Positions 13,594 to 27,570 of a DNA stretch of 64,000 bases are shown here, piece by piece. This stretch comes from the human T2T-CHM13v2.0 reference genome, Homo sapiens: the NCBI RefSeq assembly GCF_009914755.1, contig NC_060930.1; one strand, written 5' to 3'. Within the stretch, counting starts at the first letter, position 1; every line of letters begins with the position of its first letter. The notes below the pieces were generated by a model. It saw only the letters and a list, made by a program, of their open reading frames with translations. It was not told the DNA's origin and searched no databases. The position numbers were made by a program, and so were the translations under genes.

Positions 13594-15322
13594 CAGATAA
13601 GAGTTGTAGTTGCTAAGAACAATGATGTGCTCCAACAAGTTTCTCATTACCATGGTGACTTCTCTTCTTTTAAGTTCAACAAATCATCCTTTATACTTGA
13701 TAGATGTTTAGACAGAGTCAACACTTAGAGGCTGCATCTAAAAAATAAAAATGCCTCACAAAACATTGACACAAGGAATTAAATTTTATAAAACTGGCTA
13801 ACTTTGGGCCCACTGGGGCATGAGGGGGAGGATTTATAGGTGTTTCAGTAGTACTTAGTGATTCTTTATTAGCCATGTGGAAATGCTAAAAGTTTTACAA
13901 CCCGAATTCTGTAGTTTTAATTTGTGGCAAATATCCTTGGACTAAGTCCCACTGAGATTCTCAAATATTTCAACTATGACAAGCTTCAAATTTTTTTCAG
14001 AAAATATGACTTGTTCATATCTCACTTTGGAAAACTGTTTGATTTGTTTATACTACAAATCGGAGAAGCAAGTCATCTCTTATTTTGTGATGAATTGTTT
14101 TTGTCATGTGTTCTCCTATGACTTAGAGATCCTAGAGATTTCTACAAACAACAGCTTTTAGCCTAATCTAGGTGACAATGAGACAAACACAATAAGAATT
14201 TTAAATAAATTCAGTGTCTCACAACAGAATCACATCAATCTAGAGAAATGAGAAAATGGGTCAAGTAGATAAGAAAATCTAACTTCCTACTGTTGGAAAA
14301 TAAACTATTTAAAGATCATGATATAAGTAATATGAATACCAGCTCAACCATACTCTGTATTTTTCTTTAACATTACATACTTTATTGCTTCCATTAATTG
14401 AATTTTCTACGATTCTATTGAATTTACCAGTCTATATTGTTTTAATTAAGCATATTGGTATAAATTTGCAGTCATTTATAGGTGACCAATACAAATTTTT
14501 TTTTCACTTGTTTTCGCAAAAGATAGATAATTCTGGACTCACAGATCTCTAGACACTGTTCCTGGTCATAACAGGTATTCAAGAAACATTGGTTCCCATT
14601 CCTATACCTAACACCTTCTGCACATTACAGGAAGAAAAACATGTGATCCTTGAAAAACTTAGTCTGGAGAATAAATACATGAAAAGGAGGGAAAATAGAA
14701 AAATTACATGCTAAGAAATGTGTACTGCTTGAGAACTCTTTAAGCAACAAAAGTGTTGTCTCTATTAAAAGCAGACAGGTGAGGTTACCTGAGAAGAAAC
14801 CCGTGCTTTCATGTTCATCTCTTTAACATGGGGCAGGTCCTTAGGTACAAAACAGATCTGAACTTCTTGCTTTCTGTTACTCTTAATTTAACTGGCTAAA
14901 TCAGTAATATGACTTTGCTTTTAGACAGTTATACTAGACAGATATTTTATTGAGTACTCTTTGAATTTAGAAAAACAAGGGTACTAAAATATGCCCAGTG
15001 ATGTAGGAACTATGTGCAGTTGGAAGGACTCTTTGCCAAAACTCTAAGGAATCTTGTGGATTCCTTACAATGTGTTTCATAATTGCTACCTGGGTTACAT
15101 TTGTACTAAAATCCTTTCTTCATAGGAATGATCTTAGAGTTAAATAATTTTCTATTAGTCTTTTAACTACCTCCTCTCTATAAATTTTTAAAGAAAATTC
15201 ACTTAAATTACTTTTAGTATGGGAGATTGTAAGCAGAAGGCCCCATAGATTTTGGATCTGTGGTAGCATGGGAAATTTTCTTTTCTTTCTTTAAATAAGC
15301 CTTATTTTAGAAAAACAAATCT

Positions 15323-15375
15323 CTAGCTAGCTAGCTACATAGATAGATAGAAGTAGACAGAGATATAGATATAGG
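15323..15375. repeat. (CTAG)n/(TAGA)n simple repeat
   Basis: ctagctagctagctacatagatagatagaagtagacagagatatagatatag. Confidence 0.7.
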
Positions 15376-15524
15376 TATGGAGTAGACTCTAATATGTCTC
15401 TATGTATATCTATGAGGAAAAGTAATTCTTAGTCTAATTCCTATGGAAATTAGACATTAGAATAAATGCTAATATACCTAGCACAGTTCTCTACTCTGCA
15501 GGTGCCCATAAGCTCTTTATTTTT

Positions 15525-15645
15525 TATTCATTAATTCTTCACTCAACCACCCAGGATTTATTAAACATTCTGTGCCAGGCACTCTGCTGGGTGTTAGAGA
15601 TATAAAGATAAGTAAGACTTGGTCCCTGTATTTAAAGACTCACAA
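15525..15645 (-). mobile_element. L2 3' end fragment
   Basis: TGTGCCAGGCACTCTGCTGGGTGTTAGAGATATAAAGATAAGTAAGACTTGGTCCCTG. Confidence 0.7.
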
Positions 15646-16241
15646 AGCATCCTAAGGCTAGCTCCAATTCCTTAAGTCATGCGTATAGAAGTATAGAGAG
15701 ATCACTATGATTATATAATTAATCAGTCCTATAAACCATATTTTAAAATCCTAACCTCATAAATGCTGACCCATAACAGAGGTTCCTCATAACTAGCTGT
15801 AAAACCATAAACCAGTCCTTTAATTTCTCAATGCATTAAGAAGTTTGATTTGTAAAATGTGGTACTGAAACTAAGATCCCTTTTATATTTGTAGGATTGA
15901 TCTGAAAGTGACTACTGATTGAATGCCATGTTGATGTGGATGAAGAGAGGAGTTGAAAGCTTGTCAGTTAACCAACAGAAAAAAATTAAAGTTCGGTGGA
16001 ATAAGACCAAATGGACAATGAACTGCCCACTCCCTAAACCTCCCACAGGCACATAAAGTGACTGCCAAAAAGTGCACTCTCAGTTGTCTGGGCACATGGA
16101 AATATCTGGCACAGTCTCTTATCCATTAAAATCCTAAATATATTAATTAAGAACCTTGTCTTTGGAATTGCAGAACCAACTTCATGTGTTTCATGTGGCT
16201 TTAAACTGCAAAATTGTCAATTTATAAGCTTGCAGTTGTGC

Positions 16242-16333
16242 CAATGGAATACATAAAGTACATAAAGTACAATGGAGTATATAAAGTACAATGTACATAA
16301 AGTACATAAAGTACAATGGAGTACATAAAGTAC
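16242..16333. repeat. composite minisatellite of GTACATAAA and GTACAATGGA units
   Basis: caatggaatacataaagtacataaagtacaatggagtatataaagtacaatgtacataaagtacataaagtacaatggagtacataaagtac. Confidence 0.9.
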
Positions 16334-18061
16334 TCTAGTTTGAACCAGAAGTTTTATTAAACTATTGGATAGAGGAAAATGGTCCAAGATAAGAACATGC
16401 AAAATCCAGAACATGAAAAATGCTCATTTTACCCAGGATAATTTAAAACGTATACAATTTGTTAGATATAATTGTTGATGAAATTAATAAAGAATATCAA
16501 AAAGCCCATTAGGTAGATATTTGTTAATATTAAACACAGTCTTATGACAGGAAATATCAAGAACAAGGACTGCATTTTATTCATTTTTTGTTTAGATGAA
16601 ACTTACATAATTTAACTTTTCTTTATTCCATAACTGTCAGGAAGCTTAGTGTAAGATTTGATGCTCATTCCTAGTAACTGGTAACTATTTGTGCTCTCCT
16701 CCTTTTCTTACATTTGATGTTATTGTTTAGTGTTTGTCCCACTTTATGAATGACCATTTTTTAAGCTTTCTTAAGTCATCTTTGCAGAGGTCATATTTAA
16801 TAAAAAAAAAAGTCTGCCTTTGTCTCATCATAGAGCTGAACAGTGTTCCTTATGTGGAGTAGGAGCTTAACACATATTTGCCACATTGTTAATTCATTGT
16901 GAAGGATTTCATAAATAAACCTAGAGAAAAAGATATCCACTAACGTATTAAATATTTTTTAAAAGCAAGTTCATCTGAAAGGAGCAACTATGTCTTATTA
17001 TCTTAAAACTTCAAAGGAAGTTTTTCTTTAAATGTAAAACATACCTCTTAATTCCAGAAAGACTGATCCTTCATTTGGCTTTTGTGCATTTTAGCCAGTC
17101 TTGGCTTTCTAAATCATGTTGAAAACAAACAGACCATTTGTGCCATGTTTGCTGTTAACTAAGTAATAAACCAAGAGGATTTAGCTAATTTTTTGAGGTC
17201 ATTAACATGATGAAGTTAATCACCTGAGTTAAGACATATGGACATTTTACCAAAAAAAAAAAAAAAAAAAACCGCTCAAATGGTCCTTGAAATAAGGTTA
17301 AATAGATCTAATTTATGTTAAACTTTAATTAACCATATGCACTACTGCGTGATAATGTGCATGCATATGTTGCTTACATTAATTGCTTTCATAAGTTAAT
17401 TACTGCAACACACTTTGGCTTCTGTTCATTTAAAACTTAACAAATGTTCGCACCAGCTGTGGAAGTGATTGAAGGCAATAAATGAACGAGTAAACCATTG
17501 GTTTACTTGTTTAAATTAAATCTGCTATCTCAAGCTGTCCTGTGTCTTAATACATTAGAAAAGACACTTGGGAATCAATGATCATGTAATTCCTATTTTA
17601 ATCACTGTTAGTCATACTTAAAGTAATAGGGACATTGAACTTTTACGTTTGTTGGCTGACCTCTGCTTTCTATAGTTTACTGGGCCATCATTGACTATGG
17701 TTTACTTTTATTACAGCAGAATTGAGCTACAGTTTCATATAATTAGATATTTGTCTGGTCCTTGTATAAAAGCATACAGACTCTGTCATGCCTGATGTCT
17801 TTTATTGCCCACTTTAACTGGATACTAAAGTTTGTGTTTAAAGAGATGATTTATATAGACAAAGAACTTCTTCTAAAAAATAATAGAATTCTATTTTATT
17901 GAAACTAAAGTTTACTTTTTTATTACATCATTTGTCTCTCTGAATCTGTAGCATGTTGGCCAATATAGTATGATAATAAATTACTACTAGAATACCTCAT
18001 ATGAAAACTTATATTTTTCTTGACTATTAATTTGAATCACTTTTTTAAGAATCAAATTTCA

Positions 18062-19200
18062 GGATATCTGGTTAATGATGGTGGGTTGAACACATACATT
18101 AGCCTCTGAGCCCCTTCTGAAACCACATCAAAATGAATATAAAGAGGTCTTTTAAAGATCCTAAATCACTAGGACACAAGAAATAAAAGAGAACACAAAC
18201 AACCCTGGAAAGCATATGGACAAGTGGTAACTGACTTAGCAGAACCTAGAAAGTTAAATCCTAAGTCAGCAGGTGGGAAAGCCAAGAAACCTGATTTATA
18301 TTGCAGACCAAAAGGCGAGGAACTAGTGGCTCCAGGCACCTCTGGAAGTGGAAGCGAAGTGAGGCTAAAACAAAAGCCTTCTTGTAAATTTCCTTAAGAG
18401 GCATTTAGACACCCAGGGCCCCTTCCCAACTCTGCATGCGAGGTAATTGCCTCACACTTTGCCTCACACTTTGGCAAAAATTGGAGGACGATTCTCTGGA
18501 AGGCCTGCCAGAGAGAGCTTCCAGATTGTAGTCCCCAAAGGCTAGAGTTGAGGGAGGAATACTGGACTGAAAACAGGCAGGTAAAATGAAAGTTAATACA
18601 TTACAGGTAAGCTCTCCCTCACTTGACTCCCAAAAACCCACCAGGCACTGGAAGAGCCTTCTCTCAGGAATCTGCAGCCCAAGAATAAACACCTGACTGC
18701 ATAGAAATAAGGGCAGAGGGGATGTGGGGAGTTCCTCATGAAAAGACCCAGCCAGATTGCCCTAAAGCCCATCTAGCTAACAGAGCTTCCAATTAGCATC
18801 TACTCTTCTCAGTAGCTGGCTTATCTGAGGATGGAGTTTACAAGGTCTTAATAATAGAAACATTGAATATGAATTATAAATCTGTCGGGTGAGTGAGAGC
18901 TGGGACATGGAAAATATGTGTGTTTGTGTGTGTGTGCGTGTGTGCGTGTGTGTGTGCATGTGTGTGATGAGCGTGGCAGGGAAATAAGGAGAAAGGGAGC
19001 TACATCCTCATCTTCCTAATAGGAAGACAATAGATGAGGCCTAAGCCTGAATAACTGAGAAGCAGCAAATAGGCATCTTATTTAGATTTTCTTTTTTAAA
19101 TCAGTTAGACCTGAAAGCAGTTGACTTGGGAGCAGGAAACTATGTGCCTCTCTCAATGATATGCATGTATCACTTTGACAAAAATAAACACTTAATTTAA
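18062..19200 (+). mobile_element. probable HAL1/old L1M element, internally deleted
   Basis: 5' GGTTAATGATGGTGGGTTGAACACA...; 3' GAGCTACATCCTCATCTTCC..AGGAAGACAATAGAT...ATGTATCACTTTGACAAAAATAAA; resembles HAL1 termini from memory. Confidence 0.5.
18917..18966. repeat. interrupted (TG)n microsatellite
   Basis: tgtgtgtttgtgtgtgtgtgcgtgtgtgcgtgtgtgtgtgcatgtgtgtg. Confidence 0.9.
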
Positions 19201-20648
19201 AATTATAATAGATGCTTACATAGTTTTCATTTTAAAAACAAACTTTAAAGAGAGTAAGAGAAAGCTGTTATTCTTTTTTTAATCAATTTCCCATACTTGT
19301 TATTTTATAACTTATTTTCATGTAGATCCTCCTGATTATCTGCTATTTTAAGACCTACATAGCCTAGGAATTAGCATTTTTGGACGCCTTGTCCTACATC
19401 ATCTCATATACGGTAGCTTAAAATGCATCTATATCCTGCATAAATTATATGTGGTATAAAATTAAAGAGAGTTTTTGTAATGTTGCTTTTTGAACTATTA
19501 TCACTTCAAGAAACTCATCTACTTTATGACTTACTTGTTAGCATTGTCAGCTTTTCTGTGCTGTATTTTATACTAAAACTGTTTCTGAAAATGCCTGAAA
19601 AATGTTTCTTGAAAATTCATTTAACATTGTCTTTCTCAACTAAGAATATATCTGCCAATTGACTATGATTTTTATAAAACATTAATTATGTTGCTTTAAA
19701 ACAGGTTTGAACATAAAAAACAAATTCAATGTCATTCTAGAGTAATAACCCTCAAGAAAATACCAGGACAGGAGAAAAATCTGAATTTTTAATAAGCCAA
19801 TATATTTTGGAGTATGATAAATTAAAATCACCTTCAGATGCTGAGATTAAAAAAATTCTGGACAGAACTTACCATGTTAAGGATTTAAAAGTTTTAATTA
19901 CATTAGGATTTACCTTAAGAGATATTATGATAACTATAGATAAGAGCCAAAAGGAGACCCATGAGATTAGCCTTTCCTGGCCGGAATGTTTTATCTCTCT
20001 GCATCTGATTAGTTTCTATCATCTGTTGAAGGATTATGCCTTTGCTTCTGTCGGGATGCCATCCATAATTCTTACAGGATGAACTTCCCAGTCTGTTGGC
20101 GGTGGAGGGGATGAGGGAGGTTAGGAGGCAGCACCCTTTTTCTTCTGGAGATTTGCACCTTGCTTCTAACCATATCGTGTTTGCTCAGTCTCTGCTCTGA
20201 GTACTTATTAATGATCTGTCATCTGTCACAGGTAATTCATTCTACTTGATTGTTTCAAATTAGCTCTAGTGAGTTGACCATTACTTATCTTCCACTCCAT
20301 AAACCTAAATCTTGAGATCCTTAAAAAATAAGTAAAAATCATGCTGCAAAAATACAATGTATAAATCAATTGCATTTCTTTGACTTATAAATTGTTACTT
20401 TCTTTAATTTGATTACACTGAGGTCATGTGTCTCCTCCTAATAATAATAGTAGCCATTTGGTAGAGGATTTTATAGTTTACCTTTGCATTCACAAATACT
20501 GATTTATCATTACTATGAGCCGATAATTATTCTAGTTTTAGGCAAGGTCCCTGATCTCATAGAATTTTTTTCTTGAAAGAGGCTATACAAACAATAAACA
20601 AGCAAATAAATGTAATTAAACAAGTAAACAAATAAATGTACACCATCT

Positions 20649-20745
20649 CTGAGCCCAGGAGTTAAAGGCTGCAATGAGCTATGATCATACTACTACACTC
20701 CAGCCTGGGCAACAAAGGGAGATGCTATCTGTAAATAACAATAAG
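20649..20745 (+). mobile_element. 5'-truncated AluJ/FRAM right-arm fragment inside L2-like sequence
   Basis: TGAGCCCAGGAGTTAAAGGCTGCAATGAGCTATGATC...CTCCAGCCTGGGCAAC. Confidence 0.85.
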
Positions 20746-20952
20746 AAGAAGAGATAAAAACTGGGTGTTTAAGGAATAAAGGCATGTCAGAGGCATGAAG
20801 ATCCTACTTTAGCTTGAGTTACGGGGTTTCTCTGAGAAGGTAGCATTTGAAATGAAGGCAGATAATCTGCTGAACATACATCTAGGGACAGAGTGTTCCA
20901 TGCAGAGCCAATAGAAAGGCCCTAAATTAATTATGGCAACCTATATATATCA

Positions 20953-21116
20953 ATGATGATGGTGATGATGACTGATGATGACAACAATGATAATGATAAA
21001 AAGGAAGATAATGATGTTGATGACGGTGGTGGTGGTAATGATGATAATGGTGATGATGGTGGTGATGGTGGTGATGACAGTGGTGATAGTGTGATAACAG
21101 TGGTGGTGGTGGTGAT
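20953..21116. repeat. degenerate (GAT)n/(GGT)n trinucleotide repeat
   Basis: atgatgatggtgatgatgac...ggtggtggtggtgat. Confidence 0.9.
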
Positions 21117-21711
21117 ATCCTACATTTATAAGTGTAGCTCAATAAAACTAAATAAAATGCCCACGGTCACACAATTAGTAAATTATATAGATCCCTAGAC
21201 AAAATTATTTAGTGACAATGAGATTTCAAAGGTGATCTGAACTTTGGCCTTTTGGCTGTTATATCAGAAGTGCTTTAGATAATTGCCATATCTTTGCAGG
21301 AATCCCCTAATTTCAAAATTCATCTTTAAGTGTTTCCTAAATTATAGGGACTAATCCTATGCTGAAGGAATCCTAGTACTCCATCTTGGTAACAGGAGGC
21401 TCTTTCTCTTTTGTCTGGGCTCTCATAGCTCAGCTATGTTTTTTCACTCCACTGATCAACAATGTCAGTCAACTCTGAAAGCTTGGTTTTAAGCATCTCA
21501 CTTCTTATTCTTGCAACAGTCACTTTAGTGTCCCCAATCCCACTAAATCTTTGGCCCACTGAAACCTCTAATACAGTGACACTGACAATACCCATCACCT
21601 CACTCAGGTACTTACTTTCTTCTTTTAACTAGTACAAATTCCATGTACCTTCACTATGACACTCCCTTGCAATGAATCCGCTTTCTCAACAAAACTTCCA
21701 ACTTTAACTGA

Positions 21712-22098
<387 letters not shown>

Positions 22099-22099
22099 T

Positions 22100-23152
22100 A
22101 ATCATGCTGACTGGTATCCCTTTAAATTTATGACCATATGTCTCAAATGGGTCCTCATTCCCCTGCTAAGCATACTGCCGGCACTCAGAAGCAGCTGCAT
22201 CAAATCTTCTCTTCTTTGCATGATTAGTTGTTTCTTTTATCTTGTATCATTCTCACCAGCTTTTTGACATGATCTAATATATCCCTTTAAAAACAAAACA
22301 AACACCTTGGCTCTGTTATCCCCATCCAGCTTATGCCTATTTCTCTGTTCCTCTTTATAGCAAAACCTCTCAAAGGGACGGTCTCCACTTCCTTCATCTC
22401 CCATTCACTGTAATTCATTCCTACTGAGGTTCCACTCTCATCTTTTCAATGAAACGGTTTTTGCCAAATTCAAAATCCTCACTGTACCAAATTCAATGAC
22501 ATCTCATCTGCCCTCCTCTCACTCTACCTCAAAGCAGTATTCCATGCTTTGGATCCAGCATTCCAGATCAGCCTCCTTGAAACTTTCTTTTCTTGCATTC
22601 TAAGACTCAACACTCTCCAGGTTTTCTCTTCCCTCCTAGGAGAACCCTTCTCAGCCTTCTTAATAATTTCCCTTAAATGGTCTCAGTCAATGCTATGTCT
22701 TCAAATCCCATCTCTTCTGGTAATGCCCTTTTTTATTTGCTTCTCTGATCTCCAGACTCCCAACTAGAAGCCTCTCTGACATTTCCACTTACTTGTCTGA
22801 GAGTCTTCTCAAACTTGGCACAGCCAAAACAGAGTCAACCAGAGTCTTGATGTCACCCAAAAAATCAGAGAAATAATTTCCTTAATCATCTCATCTGAAA
22901 TAACCTACCCACCTATTCTCTATCCCATTATTCATTTTTGTTTTCTTCATGTCACTATCAGAAATTTTTACTCACTTTTTTATTTTCTTGTGCCTGATCT
23001 ACTTTCCCACCAGAATGAAAGCTCTGTGGGGGCAAGGACAAGGAGCTCATCTGACTTATTCTGGCTTTAGTCTCAGAGCACAATACGATGCCTGATTCAT
23101 AGCAAACACTCAGTAAATATTTATTATAAAATTAATTAGAAAATGAATGAAA
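22100..23152 (+). mobile_element. L2 fragment (ORF2 relic to 3' end)
   Basis: CATGCTGACTGG, CTTTATAGCAAAACC, CTCCTTGAAAC, CACTCTCCAGGTTTTCTC, CACTCAGTAAATATTT..AATGAATGAA. Confidence 0.75.
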
Positions 23153-24894
23153 GAAAAATTAAACACTTCAACTTTAACATTAAATTTAATTCAAAGATCT
23201 AAGTGAGGGGTTTTCCTAAAATGAGGAAAGGTAGCATAGAATTAGATGTTGTATTAAAATGCATCACATGCAAAGTTTTAAATATATAAATGTATCATTT
23301 TTCCAATCTCTTACAACTGAAATTATAACCACAGAAAATATTATATTTTGTATTCTATAATTCAGTTATCTGATTTTTAAAATTAATTAATCTACTTAAC
23401 TCATTAAAATATAAATGCTGTAACAAATTCTTGGCTTTTGTCAAAATCTGTTTCTTGCCTCCGTCTTCCACATGTAATTCAATTTCTCTGAGCCTTGGTT
23501 TTCTCATCTTTGGGCTTGATGACTTCCAGTTTTCAAATTCTCTGACTCTGTCTTAACATTATCATCATACAGATGTGTTCTTGTTCATGGATTTGCTTGT
23601 CTCTGTAATTTTCTCACATTTTCATTTGTGTATTTTGCATAATTGAGATAGAACTGCGGCTGTAACTGTAACTGGAGCTATATGCGTCTCCAGAGAGCTG
23701 AGAGTACAAACAAAATAGCTAACTTATAAAAACAACTATTCATATTGATAAATTACACATATGAGCTGAGGATTTAAAAGAGTAAAGTAAAATTTTATTG
23801 TAGTAATTTACAAATAATGCTCTATAAAAAGGAATTAGTGCTTTACGAACCCAGAGATGCTTTAAAATTCTTTAATAGTCACTCTCTCCTCAATTTTTTT
23901 GGATCTCCAGGGAAAGCAGGACTTGCTCCTGTGTGATATTCTGTAAGTCCTGGACAAATTCAGCTGCCAACTGAAGTCCATTTTACTTCAGGCAAAGAAC
24001 TATGTCTTCCTTTGCTTGAACCAGCAAGAATCTGCCCTGAGGGACAGGATAACAAAGCTTCACAGGCATGCACCCACCAGAACCACATTTAAAGGAAAGT
24101 TATGCTTGCCTCTACCACAGAACCATATGTCTGTAAAATATAGCACACATTACCAAAATAAATATAATTTTGATCAAGTTAAAGTATGTTTCAATAAAAA
24201 GTAATTTTCTTTTCTTCTATAAGCCTTTTAATAATTCTTTCCTATATCAGTTTGGCTATGTAAAAGCAGGTGGATTGTGCATCCTCTCCCAAAATGAAGA
24301 ACAAAATTGAACAATCAGCCACACAAAGAAGTCCTCAGAAAGCTGCATGCTCTCAAATTTGCCAATTAACAAGAGAAAAATGTGTGTTACTCTTTTAAGT
24401 TCTCTGTTATTATGCATGTGTAAACCTCATTTTAAAGTAAAATTTTTTTTATTTTAATACATAAAATCAATACAGGGTTAAAGATAATGGGAGTTTTTAT
24501 TTAAGTTCTACATAAAGGTCCAAATATATTTATGTAGACCCCAAGTTTTCTCAATAGTCTATCACCCTAATTTGACCATGATGGAGTTAATACTGGCTAT
24601 GTAGTCAAAAGGCTTTATAACTTACAATTGGGAAATGTGAGCATATCACTCACTCTTTCTAAGTCTGTTTTTATCATGTTCAAGAAGTATCACCCTGCCC
24701 TGACCACCTTACAAGGTTGTTCTGATGAAATGAGATGATGCCAGATTAAAATACTTGGCATACAAATGAAAAGTTGGATTTCTTGAGCAGAGAGCACTGT
24801 GTCCCTAGTAACTAATTAATTCATTAATTAAGACATTAATTTAATAAACTAAGGCATTTCCTGAGGCACTGGGGCTTCAAGAATAAGTAGGACA

Positions 24895-25482
<588 letters not shown>

Positions 25483-27051
25483 TAAACAAAAGAAGGCTAC
25501 AGTATGCTAGAGAAATGTGGATGTTGTTGTTGTTGGCCTAAAGTTATACATAATTGAAACTTCAAGTGATTTAAGTATTTTAAAAGAAACGTTAAATACT
25601 TCTAACATTAGTAATACTGTTTCAGACCTAGAACAGATTTCGTGCTCTATTGTAAGACATACAATATCTAAAACTTGCAAAAACTCATTAACCCTGTACC
25701 ACACTTGTCATATATGAGACTGTATTTTAAGAAACAAGGCCTTGACATGCCTTGTCTGGAAATGTTGCCATTATTGTCAATTTGATGTTCGTTGAGCATT
25801 ACAGAACGCTCAGTGCTTTTGGCGAGCGGGTGGAAGCTGGGTTGAGGAGGAGCGTCTGTGCCCTGGCACACTTGATTGCTTGAACCCAGTCCCTCAGGGA
25901 CACTAGCTGGCAGGGCTCCCGGGTCATCACAAAGCAAGCAGGACAGAAGGGGTAGGCAGAGCAGAGACTGCCAACCCACCACAGCTGGGGGCTCTCCTTC
26001 CACTCGGAGTAAGTCTGCAATTCCAGCCCATGCGTTCTTTCTCCAGAGACACTTTTCTGCTTTAGGGAAATGCAAAGGACACCCTTACTCTGGGTTTGAA
26101 ATTGGATTTCCAACTCTGTCAAGCATCCTTTATTTCCAGAAGTTGTCCTAGTTTAAATCCTAAGCCTCCAAACTTTTTCTTCAACGTACAAACAGGTCCT
26201 CCTTGGAGAGACACCTCTCCACTAAGCACCTGCCTCCCTGAACATGTATTGTATATTGTTTTCTTCCAGCCTATTCCATACACCTCAGAGGAGAGAAGCC
26301 TCATGTATGCTTCCGCACTGATTAATTTATGCAGTCTTTCACTCACTCAACACATACTTGTCAGGCCTTATTATCTACTTAAACTTGATGCAAGCCTGTA
26401 AATCAGAGAGTATCTCTGGTATAGACCACATAAACCTACCTACACATCTCCCAACTGAGCTGGTATTTGGCCCCTGGCTGCCCCATGAGAACATGTTCCC
26501 TTAGCAGAGAGTAGGCATTTCTTTCTTTTCACGTCTATGAAGATGAGTAAAATGTAAAAATGGGTAGAAAGATTAATAGCAACCATCATTTACCCATTGG
26601 TTTTCTCTGTTTTGTAACTAAATGTGAAGGCAGCACATAAAAAACGTTTATTCTCCATGGTGTCTTTCTCTCTGAGTCATTTTAAGGTTTGAAAGAAATA
26701 TTCATTCTTCTTAAAATGCCTCTCTGGGCCCTAGTTTTCTCTCTTATAAAATGAGGTTGTTGTATTCACAACCTCCAAGCACTCTTTAAGCTTGAACATT
26801 CTTTGATGTTCTGAATCATACCCAAAATTCAGCCCTTTATTTCCCATTGAGAGGTAGAGATTTGAAGCAGAACCAGAAAGGGCCTGCCTATTCCCAAAAA
26901 GAAGATTTAATAATTTGACAATGTCTACCAAAGGAAACTGAATCATTATGCATTATTATCATTATGCATTATTATTGAGACGGTTATTATTTCAGCCAAA
27001 TTATTAACATTTCAGCAGGAAACTTTTTTGCCTGGCTCTGATACTTGTTTT

Positions 27052-27124
27052 CATGCCCAGGACAGGTGTTGCCTAACCTGGCCTGAATCATATCTGACTT
27101 TAGAGTCTCCCCAGCCCTACTCAT
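27052..27124 (+). repeat. 73 bp local direct repeat, copy 1
   Basis: 64/73 ungapped identity to 27900-27972 (manual alignment). Confidence 0.9.
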
Positions 27125-27379
27125 GCCCCAGCAAGGGCTGCAACAGTCATGTCCAGTCACTGGTGATGCGATCACTGGGACAATAGGAAGACAGGCCCAG
27201 TGTGACTAGGATTCTGGGATGCTACCAGCTGTCAGTCAACACTACCAGATGCGGACAGAGATGGCTTTAATGTGTATGTCCTAGTAAACCGTTTTCGTCA
27301 GAATAATAAAGACCGCTAAGACAAATCACTTCGATTGCTTAATAATCTGCTTGCTCTACAAAGAAGCAGTATCAGGTAG

Positions 27380-27570
27380 CAATTAAGCACAAGGATTCTG
27401 AATTTGAGTCTACCTGTGTTTGAGTCATGGCTTCTGCACGTACTAGCTCTGTAACTCTTAGCCTTAGTGTTCCCTGTTGGTAAAGGGGGAATAACAGTAA
27501 AGTTGTTTTAACGATTAAATAAGGTAATACATGCAAAGTATTTAGAGAAATAGCTGGCATATGATAACCT
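27380..27570 (+). mobile_element. MIR SINE
   Basis: TGTTTGAGTCATGGCTTCTGC..ACTAGCTCTGT..GCCTTAGTGTTCC..GTAAAGGGGGAATAAC..GATTAAATAAGGTAATACATG. Confidence 0.7.

Noticed and set aside
15425-15465. Short hairpins (GTCTAATT..AATTAGAC; also 13121-13144 and 56425-56448)
   Set aside because: 8 bp stems are expected by chance in 64 kb.
16242-16333. CRISPR-like array
   Set aside because: No unique spacers, units of only 9-10 bp, primate context and no cas genes.
20927-21198. His-rich and Asp/Gly-rich ORFs on opposite strands
   Set aside because: Products of the (GAT/GGT)n repeat lying among MIR/L2 relics; no splice or promoter context.
25668-26401. Five overlapping ORFs of 75-135 aa
   Set aside because: Expected from the locally higher GC content; no recognisable domain in any frame.
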